A DNA stretch of 64,000 nucleotides from positions 434,001 through 498,000 of the forward strand of contig NW_025766956.1 in the NCBI RefSeq assembly GCF_003918875.1. Reading direction: 5' to 3'. Position numbers and translations under genes: made by a program. Source of the stretch: Haliotis rubra (lineage: Eukaryota). Positions 53,508 to 64,000 of this stretch are shown in pieces. The notes below the pieces were generated by a model, which did no database searches, was not told the origin of the DNA, and saw only the letters and a list, made by a program, of their open reading frames with translations. How positions within the stretch are numbered: position 1 is the stretch's first letter; the number at the start of each line of letters is the position of its first letter.

Positions 53508-54450
53508 ACTACTGAGGTGACCTCCCTTCTACAGTGGCACTACTGTGGTCACCTCCCAACTACTAAGGCAACCTTTCTTCTACTGTGGCAACCTCCCTTC
53601 TACTGTGGCAACCTTAAAACTACTGAGGTAACTTCTCTTCTACTGTGGCATCCTCCAATATACTGAGGTGACCTCCCTTCTACAGTGGCACTACTGTGGC
53701 AACCTCCCAACTACTAAGGCAACCTTTCTTCTACTGTGGCAACCTCCCAACTACTGTTGCAACCTTCCTTCTACTGTGGCAACCTTAAAACTACTGAGGT
53801 GACCTCCCTTCAACTGTGGCAACCTCCCAACTACTGAGGTGACCTCCCTCTTCTACTGTGGCAACCTCAAAACTACTGAGGTGACCTCCCTTCTACTGTG
53901 GCAACCTCCCAACAACTGAGGTGACCTCCCTTCTACTGTGGCAACCTCAAAACTACTGCGGTGACCTCCCTTCTACTGTGGCATCCTCCCAACTACTGAG
54001 GTGACCTCCCTTCTACTGTGGCAACCTCCCAACTACTGAGGTGACCTCCATTCTACTGTGGCAACTTCCCAACTACAGAGGTGACCTCCCTTCTACTGCA
54101 GCAAACTCTAAAACTACTGAGGTGACCTCCCTTCTACTGTGGCAACCTCCCAACTACAACGGTGACCTCCTTTCTACTGTGGCAACCTCCCAACTACTGA
54201 GGTCACCTCCCTTCTACTGTGGCATCCTTCCAACTACTGAGGTAACCTCTCTTCTACTGTGGCAACCTCCCAACTACTGAGGTCGCCTCCCTTCTACTGT
54301 GGCGACCTCCCAACTACTGAGGTGACCTCCTTTCTACTGTGGCAACCTCAAAACTACTGTGGCGACCTCCCTTCTACTGTGGCGACCTTCCAACTACTGA
54401 GGTGACCTCCCAACTACTGTGTCAACCTCTCTACTACTGTGGTGACATGT
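53508..54450. repeat. 40-bp (2x20) minisatellite (ctactgaggtgacctcccttctactgtggcaacctcccaa) in the SH3D intron
   Basis: Read directly. Confidence 0.93.
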
Positions 54451-54510
54451 CTAATTCAGTGGCAACATCCCTCAAGGATGGCCTATTCACGACTGAAGTA
54501 GTCATCCTAC

Positions 54511-54632
54511 CTGTAACTCTCCTTCCCACCAGCCACGTGGACTCTTCTGCCGCACCTGGATCATATTGCCAGTCTCCAGGGACAGCTGGCCGTTGCCAGT
54601 AGCCAAGTAGGGTGCTATCACAATTGCAATCT
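54511..54632 (-). CDS. ITSN1: Intersectin exon: SH3D N-part ([41 protein letters not shown])
   Basis: 122 nt, phase 1 to 0; GWWEGELQ as in ITSN SH3D. Confidence 0.95.
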
Positions 54633-54881
54633 CTGGAAAAAAAATTGTCAATAACTAAGATGCTTTCCTGAGTTGTAGAGAATTATCTTTGCCAATTCCC
54701 AGTTGTTCAAGAATTAGATATCAGAGACATAGTCTCTCTTAAGTTAACACTATATCAGTATGTCTCTTCATCACGTAAAGCCTATGGGATATTACATGCT
54801 ATTTGAAGAGATATGGCAATATTTGGTAAGAGGGATATTGGACCAGGAGATGTGGAGGAAGAGGTGGAAGAAGATGTTTAC

Positions 54882-54909
54882 CTGGTTTCTTGGCAATTTT
54901 CTGTCCTGG
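54882..54909 (-). CDS. ITSN1: Intersectin 28-nt small exon (PGQKIAKKP)
   Basis: ttttcag| acceptor, CAG|gtaaac donor; phase 0 to 1; KKP|E junction as before vertebrate SH3D. Confidence 0.85.
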
Positions 54910-55219
54910 CTGAAAACCCAAGAAGAAGTAACTTTATAATTGTAGATATTTGTTCAAGTAAAATCTTAAAAACATAAATGTTGAGAAACACAAGTGTTCA
55001 TGCTGAAGGGATTATTGATTAATACAGAAATATAAATCTGAATCTATATATGATGCTAGAAAATAAATCAGAGTATTGGCCTTAACCATAAGCCTTCAGA
55101 CAAATGAAGAATCATCGTAAAATGGATAAATATACATATGATTGGTATGGTTTATATGATTACATAGCATATAAGATATATATTGTGGACGTGTAAGTGG
55201 AAATGAATGTATGAAGTAC

Positions 55220-56140
55220 CGGAGGAGGACGTGGAGGTTTGTTTGATTGATTCATCAATGTTGTTTTCCCATCCTCTGTGTCAGTGATAGTGATAGTAGG
55301 TGTTGGAGACTTTGGCCCTGTGTTGGCACCAGTCTGTGCAACATCCTCGTACACATCATCACAATATTCTTCAGGTCCACTAAATGACACAGTTTCCAAG
55401 ATGTCAGGGTCTGTCAGTTCTACTGGTATGGGAGGCAGGCTGTCAGCTTCCATGCTTGCTAAGTCAAAGGAGGGTGTTTCTTGTATATTCAACATGTCGC
55501 CAAATGGATCAGGAGCATCTTGGCTAGATATGTTCATTGCAGGAGAAACTGCTGGGGAAAGAGATGGGGACATGGGGTCTAAGTCAGCCAACAGGTCCAG
55601 GGAATTGCTGCTGCCACTTGGTCTCAGAGAGGTGTCTGTCGGGAGGAGACCACTTCCTGATCCTAGAGGGTCCAGAAGTGACGACAAGCCAGGCTCGCTA
55701 CTTATTGCAGGAGTTTCATCAGTTGCATCATCATGGCCAGCAGGAAGGTCTGATGTTGATCCACCTCCCCAGTCTAGGCCTGCAAATGGATCAGCTGTAC
55801 CAGATAATCCAGACTTCTCTTCAGGGCCACTTATTCCCCAATCCATGCCTGTTCCGAGACTTTGATCCTGTCCTTCTATGTTTGGAGTTGTGTTTGTGAA
55901 GCCAGCCTGCAAGTCCATTCCACTAAACAAATTATCTGACTGCATCATGCTTGTGCTTCCAGATTGGAAATCCAGCCCACTGAAGAGGCTATCTGACTGA
56001 GTGGTGCTTGTCTTTCCAGACTGGAGATCTAGCCCAGTGAAGAGACTGTCTGACTGTGTGGTGCTTGTCCCACCCCCTGTTGTGGGACAGGGTGGGTAGT
56101 CTGGTGGAAGAGGTGGAGGCGGAGTGTCATCCCAGTCGGG
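55220..56140 (-). CDS. ITSN1: Large (921 nt, 307 aa) symmetric, probably alternative exon between SH3C and SH3D; acidic, Pro/Ser-rich, low complexity
   Basis: Stop-free 333-aa ORF; gtacag|CCC acceptor and CCG|gtactt donor; phase 0 to 0 fits both neighbours; GC content raised relative to the introns. Confidence 0.72.
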
Positions 56141-57730
56141 CTGTACAACACCAACACACAAACATGCAACAGAAGAGACATACCAACAGAAGAATCATAA
56201 CACAACAACAAAATCTGAGACGGAAAAGTGCAAGAGGTGCAAGGAACCACTGTCTGAGATATTCCACGCCACCCATGTATGCTTACAATTCAGCCTATTG
56301 CCTTACTTCAGCTGACTGAAATCGGCATCATGGTAGACTAAGAGAGTTTAAAACGGGGGAGATTGCAAAGTTGGAGATATCTTTCACAGTTTTTGAGTTG
56401 GGTGTGTGCTGAGTTGACCCAATCCTGCCAATGGTATTTAAACTTACTCGGAATCACCCCTAAGAATGAAGTTCTAAATGTAATAGACAGCATTATTCCC
56501 CTCACTCAACCTGTAAGCTAAGGTTCAAGGCTGTTGAGGCATGGAAGGTACCGGCAAAAAGATACTTGAAACAACAAATATGTTGAAGAAAGTGCAGATA
56601 TCTAACAAATTCTGTGCAGCATGCAAAGGTTCACAACAGAAATGGCTTCAGGCAACGGAGGTGGAAGTGGACGTGACATTGTGTTGTGCACAATGGAATC
56701 AGGAGGAAATTGGAAGCGAAAGTGGTGTGACATGATGTGCTGGAATGAGGACATCTGAGGTGAAAGTGGTGTGACATGATACTCTTCACAATGGAATACA
56801 GAAGGCCTCTGAGAAGAAAGTGGAAGAGTGACGTCATGCACAACAGAGACTTCCAGGTGGGAGGTTGCGTGATTGGAGATGGCACAAAGTGAGGAAGTTT
56901 GATGGAAGGTTGTCCAGTTGTGTTATGGCAGGCTGCTTGATGGGAAGTACACGTCATCAAGTCACATGGTGGCAGGTCACATGATGGAGGCCATTACATT
57001 TCCATGCTCGGTGAATTTGGTAAGACTAAAGATATTTGTCAGGAATGGATTGATGGTGGGACTTGAGTGTCTTGCTTCAATTGTCAGGTATGATTCCACA
57101 TTGGAATCAGGGTAGTGTGTTGGAGAGGTAGCATGGTATGATGTGTAACTTAAGATGCAGTAATTTACAATTCATACCACATAACTTATAATACTTTACA
57201 ATAATGCTGATTCTTAAAGTTACATGTACAATAATAAACATTGATATGATACAGTTCATAATAACCAATGACACCAGCAATAGCTGTATCATTTGTCAAA
57301 ACCTTTTACTGAAGTCAAATAGAAGCTCATGTAATGAACTTAATTAAAAAGGCTGTTTCTCCTAGTATGTGGGTGTATACAATGTAACATATAAGAACAA
57401 CTAGGGAATGATTCTTGATTTAAGTTTTCAACAGTGTTTAACACATACTAATATACCAGCATATCAGAAAAACACAAGCAGTTTCCCAGAATGAACAAGT
57501 ATGAGATCTAACAGGCCAGTTATCAAAATTAGGTACAAATTGGGAATAAGCTGGCTGACGTCCAGGTGATGGTTGTTTGCTGATGCGGGAACAAATGTTG
57601 AGTTCTCTAGAAAAACACCCCCCCAGAGTGAGGTTGCCTGCCTAAGCATAGAGTACTGCTTCCTAAGTTGTTCTCTAGTCACTGGACTCTGAATACTATC
57701 ATGTCCTACAAGTAAGGGAGGTTTCCCTAC

Positions 57731-57900
57731 CTGTATGTCCATCTTCTTGACATAGTTCGCAGGGAAGACACCTGTCTTGTCACCAATACTTCCTGACCAC
57801 CAGTCGCCCTCCACAATGGTCACCAGGATCATGTCACCTTCGTTAAATATCAGGTCGGACTCCTGATCGGAGGTGTAACTGAACATGGCAACATAGTATT
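57731..57900 (-). CDS. ITSN1: Intersectin exon: SH3C (EYYVAMFSYTSDQESDLIFNEGDMILV...[14 protein letters not shown])
   Basis: 170 nt, phase 1 to 0; complete SH3 consensus. Confidence 0.95.
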
Positions 57901-58481
57901 CTGAAACACATATTATCAAATGATTACATAACACCTAATTCCATCACATAACACACATCGTAGTTGTTTGCACCTTAACCTTTGACTGAGTGATTATCTC
58001 CTTAACCTATATGATCTTTCACTGTATTATTCATTTCAGTTTACTATTTCAAACAGTATAGTCCTCCCATGTGAAAACCCACAATTTAAGGGGTCCTAAA
58101 TCTCATTAATTTTCGGTCATTTGATGTCCCTCTCTGTCAAGGCATGACAAACCCTCCTATGAAAGTCACTTCTGATAACTTACTGACCAGCCAGTGAGCA
58201 TGGACCTTAATGCTCTATTGGTGAAGCATCCTAAACAGCATATAATTCTAAGATCTAAGTACAACAACAACGAACAACAAACAATAAATCCTAATGCTGC
58301 TGTACATATCATCAAAATGAATGAAATCTGTACTGTATGATTTCCTAATGTAACATACATCACAAATGACCTTATGGAACTTGTGACCAGGCCCAGTACT
58401 GATCAATATGAAAATATCTGAAAGACTGCAGACTCTATTAAACTGCTGCAGCACAGTAGAGCGTTTCTATTTCACGCTTAC

Positions 58482-58564
58482 CTCCATCTTTTTTCTCAGG
58501 AGCTGGCGAAGACCGAGCGCTTCCATTTCTCTCCAATGTGCTGAATGGACTTGGTGTTGCTGAG
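58482..58564 (-). CDS. ITSN1: Intersectin exon: SH3B-SH3C linker (SATPSPFSTLERNGSARSSPAPEKKDG)
   Basis: ttttacag| acceptor, GAG|gtaag donor; 83 nt, phase 2 to 1, bridges the neighbouring exons in frame. Confidence 0.85.
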
Positions 58565-58752
58565 CTGTAAAATATACATTGAGATAAAGTATGGTACATG
58601 GCCTGTCACAAATATCTAGGTTACTATGGCAGATGATCATTAACGATTGTCCACAAGAGAGGTAACAACATTCACACTTGCAGTGTAATTAGGCATATGA
58701 TGGTACTATATAATGAAATACATTTCACAGTTATATAATTGTGGTAACTCAC

Positions 58753-58811
58753 CTATTTTTGGATGAGCCAACACTAACAAGCTTCACATATGCCTTAGGG
58801 AACCATCCACT
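58753..58811 (-). CDS. ITSN1: Intersectin exon: SH3B C-part (SGWFPKAYVKLVSVGSSKN)
   Basis: tttcag| acceptor, AG|gtgag donor; 59 nt, phase 0 to 2. Confidence 0.92.
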
Positions 58812-58984
58812 CTGAAAGACAATTCAATATAAGACTAATGTTCCAAGAAAACACACAGTAAATTATTTCAGAAATATTTTAGAAGTTGGAGAAGAAAATG
58901 ATACATAACATAACATGTTCCTATTTGTCTGTCATTACATAACATAAAGTTATTTTTCACAAACTTCAAGATCTTGGTCATCAC

Positions 58985-59131
58985 CTTTCCGTTGAGCTCC
59001 CCCAGCCACCACATGTCTTGTTGCTCCTTGACCGTGATGACATCATCTTTGTTGAATGTGAGGTGGTTGTCCTGTCTTGCCTTCCAGGGGTAGGTTGCCT
59101 TAGCCATCAAACCTTCTGGTGCCTCCTGTCC
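58985..59131 (-). CDS. ITSN1: Intersectin exon: SH3B N-part ([49 protein letters not shown])
   Basis: 147 nt, phase 0 to 0; closely resembles ITSN1 SH3B. Confidence 0.95.
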
Positions 59132-59284
59132 CTGTGTGACAAGCAATAACCATTACAACAGACACCATCTCATATTGCAGAAACACCAGAGGTTGTGTGT
59201 AAGTCATACTTTCACCCGGATATCACCTCTGGACATTGTCAATCCTGGAGCTACTAGACATGAAACCACAGGACATCAAGCCAC

Positions 59285-59410
59285 ATGTCCCTGTGGATGC
59301 AACTCCCCATGTCCCCATGGACGCAAACTCACCTTTCCCCATGGACGCAAACTCACCTGTCTCCATAGACACAAACTCACCTGTCCCCATGAACACAAAC
59401 CCACCTGTCC
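59285..59410. repeat. Short 24-bp tandem repeat (tgtccccatggacgcaaactcacc)
   Basis: 4-5 copies. Confidence 0.75.
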
Positions 59411-59568
59411 GTAACTGGTATGAAACCACATATCCCCACTATGTGTTAAGCCCATTTCTGGTGTCCCCGCCCGTGATAGACATGAACCCAACTGTCAGTC
59501 AAACTAGACAAATCCCATCCGTCCCCTCTTCATTTTAATGAACCTGTCGCCACTATACATGAACCCAC

Positions 59569-59698
59569 CTGTCCTGGTGTTGGTGATACAGCAGTGAATG
59601 GGGAGTCTGTGGATGTGGGCAGCAGGTTGGGGGCATCGACAGTCTCCTGGCTCATGTCTTCTACACAAGCTGATTCAGCAGTCTTCTCAGAGAATGCA
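59569..59698 (-). CDS. ITSN1: Intersectin exon: SH3A-SH3B linker (...SPFTAVSPTPGQ)
   Basis: caacag| acceptor, CAG|gtggg donor; 130 nt, phase 2 to 0; ends like the vertebrate SPSPVLGQ linker. Confidence 0.85.
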
Positions 59699-60070
59699 CT
59701 GTTGATAAATTACAGGTAACATATGAAATAACAGGATCATTGATTGTAATGTAAAATATGTTGAAATATTCCTGTGAATATCTTACAACAGTGACAAGCT
59801 ATCTTACAGTTACAAGATCATGTCTTGACAAGTGCTCCTGAGGAGCATCACGACACAATAAACCTGGACACAGACACCAGAGTGTCATCCAGTGGGTCAT
59901 CAATAGCATTTGATATTAAAGGGGGTCCAGTGGTACTTGACTCTAGGGACCGATACATACTAAACATATAAGCATGACTTGCTTGCTTTGTACACTTATT
60001 TAAGCATCATCAATAATGACTAGCCATAGGTTAAAGTGGCCATCCAATTGTTCAGTGAAGCAAATCATTA

Positions 60071-60238
60071 AGGGTGGAGGTGGGGTAGCCTAGAGGTTGA
60101 AGCATTTGCTCATCACGCCAAAGACCTGGGTTCGATTCCCCAAATGAGTACAATGTGTGAAGCCCATTTCTGGTGTCCCCTGCCGTGATACTTCTGGAAT
60201 ATTGCTAAAAGCGGCAAAAATCCCAACTCAGTCACTCA
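60071..60238 (+). mobile_element. SINE family 1, more diverged copy
   Basis: Same consensus with many CpG-type transitions. Confidence 0.88.
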
Positions 60239-60454
60239 TAAAGGTTTTGTACTATTTGCATGGGCAAGTTATACTATGTGCTTAATAGAAAAATGAAAGA
60301 AATGCAGGTGCAATTTCCTGAACAGATCTGTCTGTCCTGTCAGCCTGCAATAGCAATGTCTAGGAAACTGACAGAACAGGTACTATTCATTTCCTGTACA
60401 AGTAGAGCAGTATGGTATTCCAATAATATGTCTTGTAAGAACAATAGAACTTAC

Positions 60455-60606
60455 CTGAAATTATTTTTATCTATTGCACCGCCCAGACTAGATTGGTCAT
60501 CACATAGTTCCACATAGGCTTTGGGGAACCAGCCTGAATGTCCATCCTTCTCCCCCTTGTACCACTCCTCCATGCCCTCTACTGTGGCACCCTGGTCGTC
60601 GGGGAT
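60455..60606 (-). CDS. ITSN1: Intersectin exon: SH3A C-terminal half (IPDDQGATVEGMEEWYKGEKDGHSGWFPKAYVE...)
   Basis: tttcag|ATC acceptor, CAG|gtaag donor; 152 nt, phase 0 to 2; SH3 W..G....GWFP.AYV motif. Confidence 0.9.
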
Positions 60607-60684
60607 CTGAAACACAATGTCAGGGTGGTGAACTGACTGATTATACTTCACATGGTATACAGAAGACATACTCTACCATTCTTT

Positions 60685-63600
60685 GGGTACTGTGGGTGAA
60701 CTGTCTCACACATGGGGTATGTGTGCCGAACTGTCTGTCTCATACAGAGGGTACAGGTGGTGAATTGTGTGTCTCATACATGGGGTACAGGGGATGACTG
60801 TCTGTCTCATACATGGGGTATGTGTGCCGAACTGTCTGTCTCACACATAGGGTACTGGGGGTGAACTGTCTGCCACACAGGGGGTACAGAGGGTGAACTG
60901 TCTTTCTCATACATGGGGTACAGGGGGTGAACTGACTGCCTCATACATGGGGTACTGGGGTGAACTGTCTGTCTCATAAATGGGGTACTGGGGGTGAACT
61001 GTCTCTCTCATACATGGGGTACAGCGGGTGAACAGTCTGCCTCATACATGGGGTACTGGGGTGAACTGTCTGTCTCAAAAATGGGGTACTGGGGGTGAAC
61101 TGTCTGTCTCATACATGGGGTACTGGGGGTGAACTGTCTGTTTCACACATGAGGTACTGGGAGTAAACTAACTGCCTCATACATGGGGTACTGGCGTGAA
61201 CAGTCTGCCTCATACATGGGGTACTGGGGTGAACTGTCTGTCTCATACATGGGGTACTGGGGGTGAACTGTCTGTCTCATAAATGGGGTACTGGGGGCGA
61301 ACTGACCGTCTCATACATGGGGTACTGGGGTGAACTGTCTGTTTCACACATGGGGTACTGGGAGTGAACTGACTGTCTCATACATGGGGTACAAATGGGG
61401 GTGAACTGTCTGTCCTCATAACATGGGGTACTGGGTGAACTGGGGTGAACTGGTGAACTGTCTCATACATGGGGTATTGGGGTGAACTGTCTGTTTCACA
61501 CATGGGGTACAGGGGGTGAACTGTCTGCATTACACATGGGGTACTGGGGGCGAACTGACCGTCTCATACATGGGGTACTGGGGTGAACTGTCTGTTTCAC
61601 ATGGGGTGTACCTGTCCCATACTGATGGGAGGATGGGGTACTGGGGAGTGAACTGACTGTCTCATACATGGGGTACTGGGGTGAACTGTCTGCCTCATAC
61701 ATGGGGTACTGGGGGTGAACTGTCTGCCTCATACATGGGGTACTGGGGGTGAACTGTCTGTCTCATACATGGGGTACTGGGGGTGAACTGACTGCCTCAT
61801 ACATGGGGTACTGGGGTGAACTGACTGTCTCATACATGGGGTACTGGGGTGAACTGTCTGTTTCACACATGGGGTACTGGGAGTGAACTGTCTGTCTCAT
61901 ACATGGGGTACTGGGGTGAACTGTCTGTCTCATACAACTGTCTGTACTCACTGTCTGTTCCCATACATGGGGTACTGGGGGGTGAACTGTCTGTCTCATA
62001 CATGGGGTACTGGGGGTGAACTGTCTGTCTCATACATGGGGTACTGGGGTGAACTGTCTGTCTCATACATGGGGTACTGGGGGTGAACTGTCTGTCTCAT
62101 ACATGGGGTACTGGGGTGAACTGTCTGCCTCATACATGGGGTACTGGGGTGAACTGTCTGTCTCATACATGGGGTACTGGGGGTGAACTGTCTGCCTCAT
62201 ACATGGGGTACTGGGGTGAACTGTCTGCCTCATACATGGGGTACTGGGGTGAACTGTCTGTCTCATACATGGGGTACTGGGGTGAACTGTCTGTCTCATA
62301 CATGGGGTACTGGGGTGAACTGTCTGTCTCATACATGGGGTACTGGGGTGAACTGTCTGCCTCATATGGGGTACTGGGGTGAACTGTCTGTCTCATACAT
62401 GGGGTACTGGGGTGAACTGTCTCTGCATGGGGTCATACATGGGGTACTAGGGTGAACTGTCTACTCATACATGGGGTACTGGGGGTGAACTGTCTGTCTC
62501 ATACATGGGGTACTGGGGTGAACTGTCTGTCTCATACATGGGGGTACTGGGGTGTGAACTGTCTGTTTCATACTGCCTCATACATGGGGTGTGAACTGTC
62601 CTGCCTCATACTGTGGGGTGAACTGTCTGTCTCATACATGGGGTACTGGGGTGAACTGACTGCCTCATACATGGGGTACTGGGGTGAACTGTCTGTCTCA
62701 TACATGGGGTACTGGGGTGAACTGTCTGTCTCATACATGGGGTACTGGGGGTGAACTGTCTGTCTCATACATGGGGTACTGGGGTGAACTGTCTGTCTCA
62801 TACATGGGGTACTGGGGTGAACTGTCTGTCTCATACATGGGGTACTGGGGTGAACTGTCTGTCTCATACATGGGGTACTGGGGGTGAACTGTCTGTCTCA
62901 TACATGGGGTACTGGGGTGAACTGTCTGTCTCATACATGGGGTACTGGGGTGAACTGTCTGTCTGTCTCATACATGGGGTACTGGGTGAACTGTCTGTCT
63001 CATACATGGGGTACTGGGGTGAACTGTCTGTCTCATACATGGGGTACTGGGGTGAACTGTCTGTCTCATACATGGGGTACTGGGGTGAACTGTCTGTCTC
63101 ATACATGGGGTACTGGGGTGAACTGTCTGTCTCATACATGGGGTACTGGGGGTGAACTGTCTGTCTCATACATGGGGTACTTGGGGGGAACTGAACATGG
63201 GGTCTGAACTGTCTGTCTCATACATGGGGTACTGAGGGAAACTGTCTGAACTGTCTGTCTGTCTCATACATGGGGTACTGGGGGTGAACTGTCTGCCTCA
63301 TACATGGGGTACTGGGGTGAACTGTCTGTCTCATACATGGGGTACTGGGGTGAACTGTCTGTCTCATACATGGGGTACTGGGGTGAACTGTCTGTTTCAT
63401 ACATGGGGTACTGGGGTGAACTGTCTGTCTCATACATGGGGTACTGGGGTGAACTGTCTGTCTCATACATGGGGTACTGGGGGTGAACTGTCTGTCTCAT
63501 ACATGGGGTACATGGGGGGAACTGTCTGTCTCATACATGGGGTACTGAACTGAACTGTCTGCCTCATACATGGGGTACTGGGGTGAACTGTCTGTCTCAT

Positions 63601-64000
63601 ACATGGGGTACTGGGGGGGTGAACTGTCCATACATGGGGTACTGGGGTGAACTGTCTGTCTCATACATGGGGTACTGGGGTGAACTGTCTCATACATGGG
63701 GTACTGGGGTGAACTGTCTGTCTCATACATGGGGTACTAAGGGGGTGAACTGTCTGTCTCATACATGGGGGTACTGGGGTGAACTGTCTGTTCTCATACA
63801 TGGGGTACTGGGTGAACTGTCTGTCTCATACATGGGGTACTGGGGTGAACTGTCTGTCTCATACATGGGGTACTGGGGTGAACTGTCTGTCTCATACATG
63901 GGGTACTGGGGTGAACTGTCTGTCTCATACATGGGGTACTGGGGTGAACTGTCTGTCTCATACATGGGGTACTGGGGGTGAACTGTCTGTCTCATACATG
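60685..64000. repeat. 33-bp G-tract satellite (tcatacatggggtactggggtgaactgtctgtc)n, runs off the window; intronic
   Basis: Read directly; degenerate at the exon-proximal edge, more homogeneous distally. Confidence 0.98.

Larger units (their letters stand above)
22883..60606 (-). other. ITSN1: Intersectin gene, 3' portion (SH3A-E, DH, PH, C2; long-isoform architecture); 5' end outside the window
   Basis: Chain of GT-AG exons with consistent phases; domain order 5xSH3-RhoGEF(DH)-PH-C2 is diagnostic of intersectin-L; motifs such as [49 protein letters not shown] and [11 protein letters not shown] resemble vertebrate ITSN1/2. Confidence 0.96.

Noticed and set aside
55278-55865. 195-aa plus-strand ORF
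   Set aside because: Antisense shadow of the large intersectin exon
56540-57130. Exon-like composition between SH3C and the giant exon
   Set aside because: Stops in the sense frames and no phase-0/0 splice pair that I could support
61496-63995. Many overlapping ORFs (MRQTVHPSTPC..., MGYWGELSVSY...)
   Set aside because: Translations of the 33-bp satellite

Overview
Eukaryotic (metazoan) genomic DNA, most likely a mollusc. The SINE and MITE repertoire looks abalone-like, which is an inference. The main feature is the 3' part of an intersectin gene (ITSN1/ITSN2 ortholog) on the minus strand. I traced 22 coding exons by hand from 60606 down to the stop at 22883, all GT-AG with consistent phases. 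They encode SH3A (C-terminal half) to SH3E, then DH, PH and C2; the 5' part (EH domains, coiled coil) lies beyond the right edge. The most interesting signal is an apparent alternative-splicing system in this gene: (1) two tandem paralogous exons for C2 strand 1 and Ca2+-binding loop 1, where one completes a canonical five-Asp Ca2+ site and the other displaces the first Asp, with UGCAUG (Rbfox-type) elements in a reciprocal arrangement; (2) a 921-nt symmetric exon between SH3C and SH3D rich in adaptor-binding-like motifs, including three tepsin-like LFxG[ML]xL repeats and two DPF; (3) a candidate T|GA stop codon made by splicing, matching the vertebrate short/long switch. The rest is repeats: tRNA-derived SINEs with target-site duplications, a decayed Tc1 (DD34E) transposon, several MITEs and fold-backs, a 3.8-kb 28-bp satellite, a >3.3-kb G-rich 33-bp satellite, minisatellites and one N gap. 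There is no CRISPR array, and the long ORFs in the repeat arrays are artefacts. All exon calls are manual predictions without transcript evidence.
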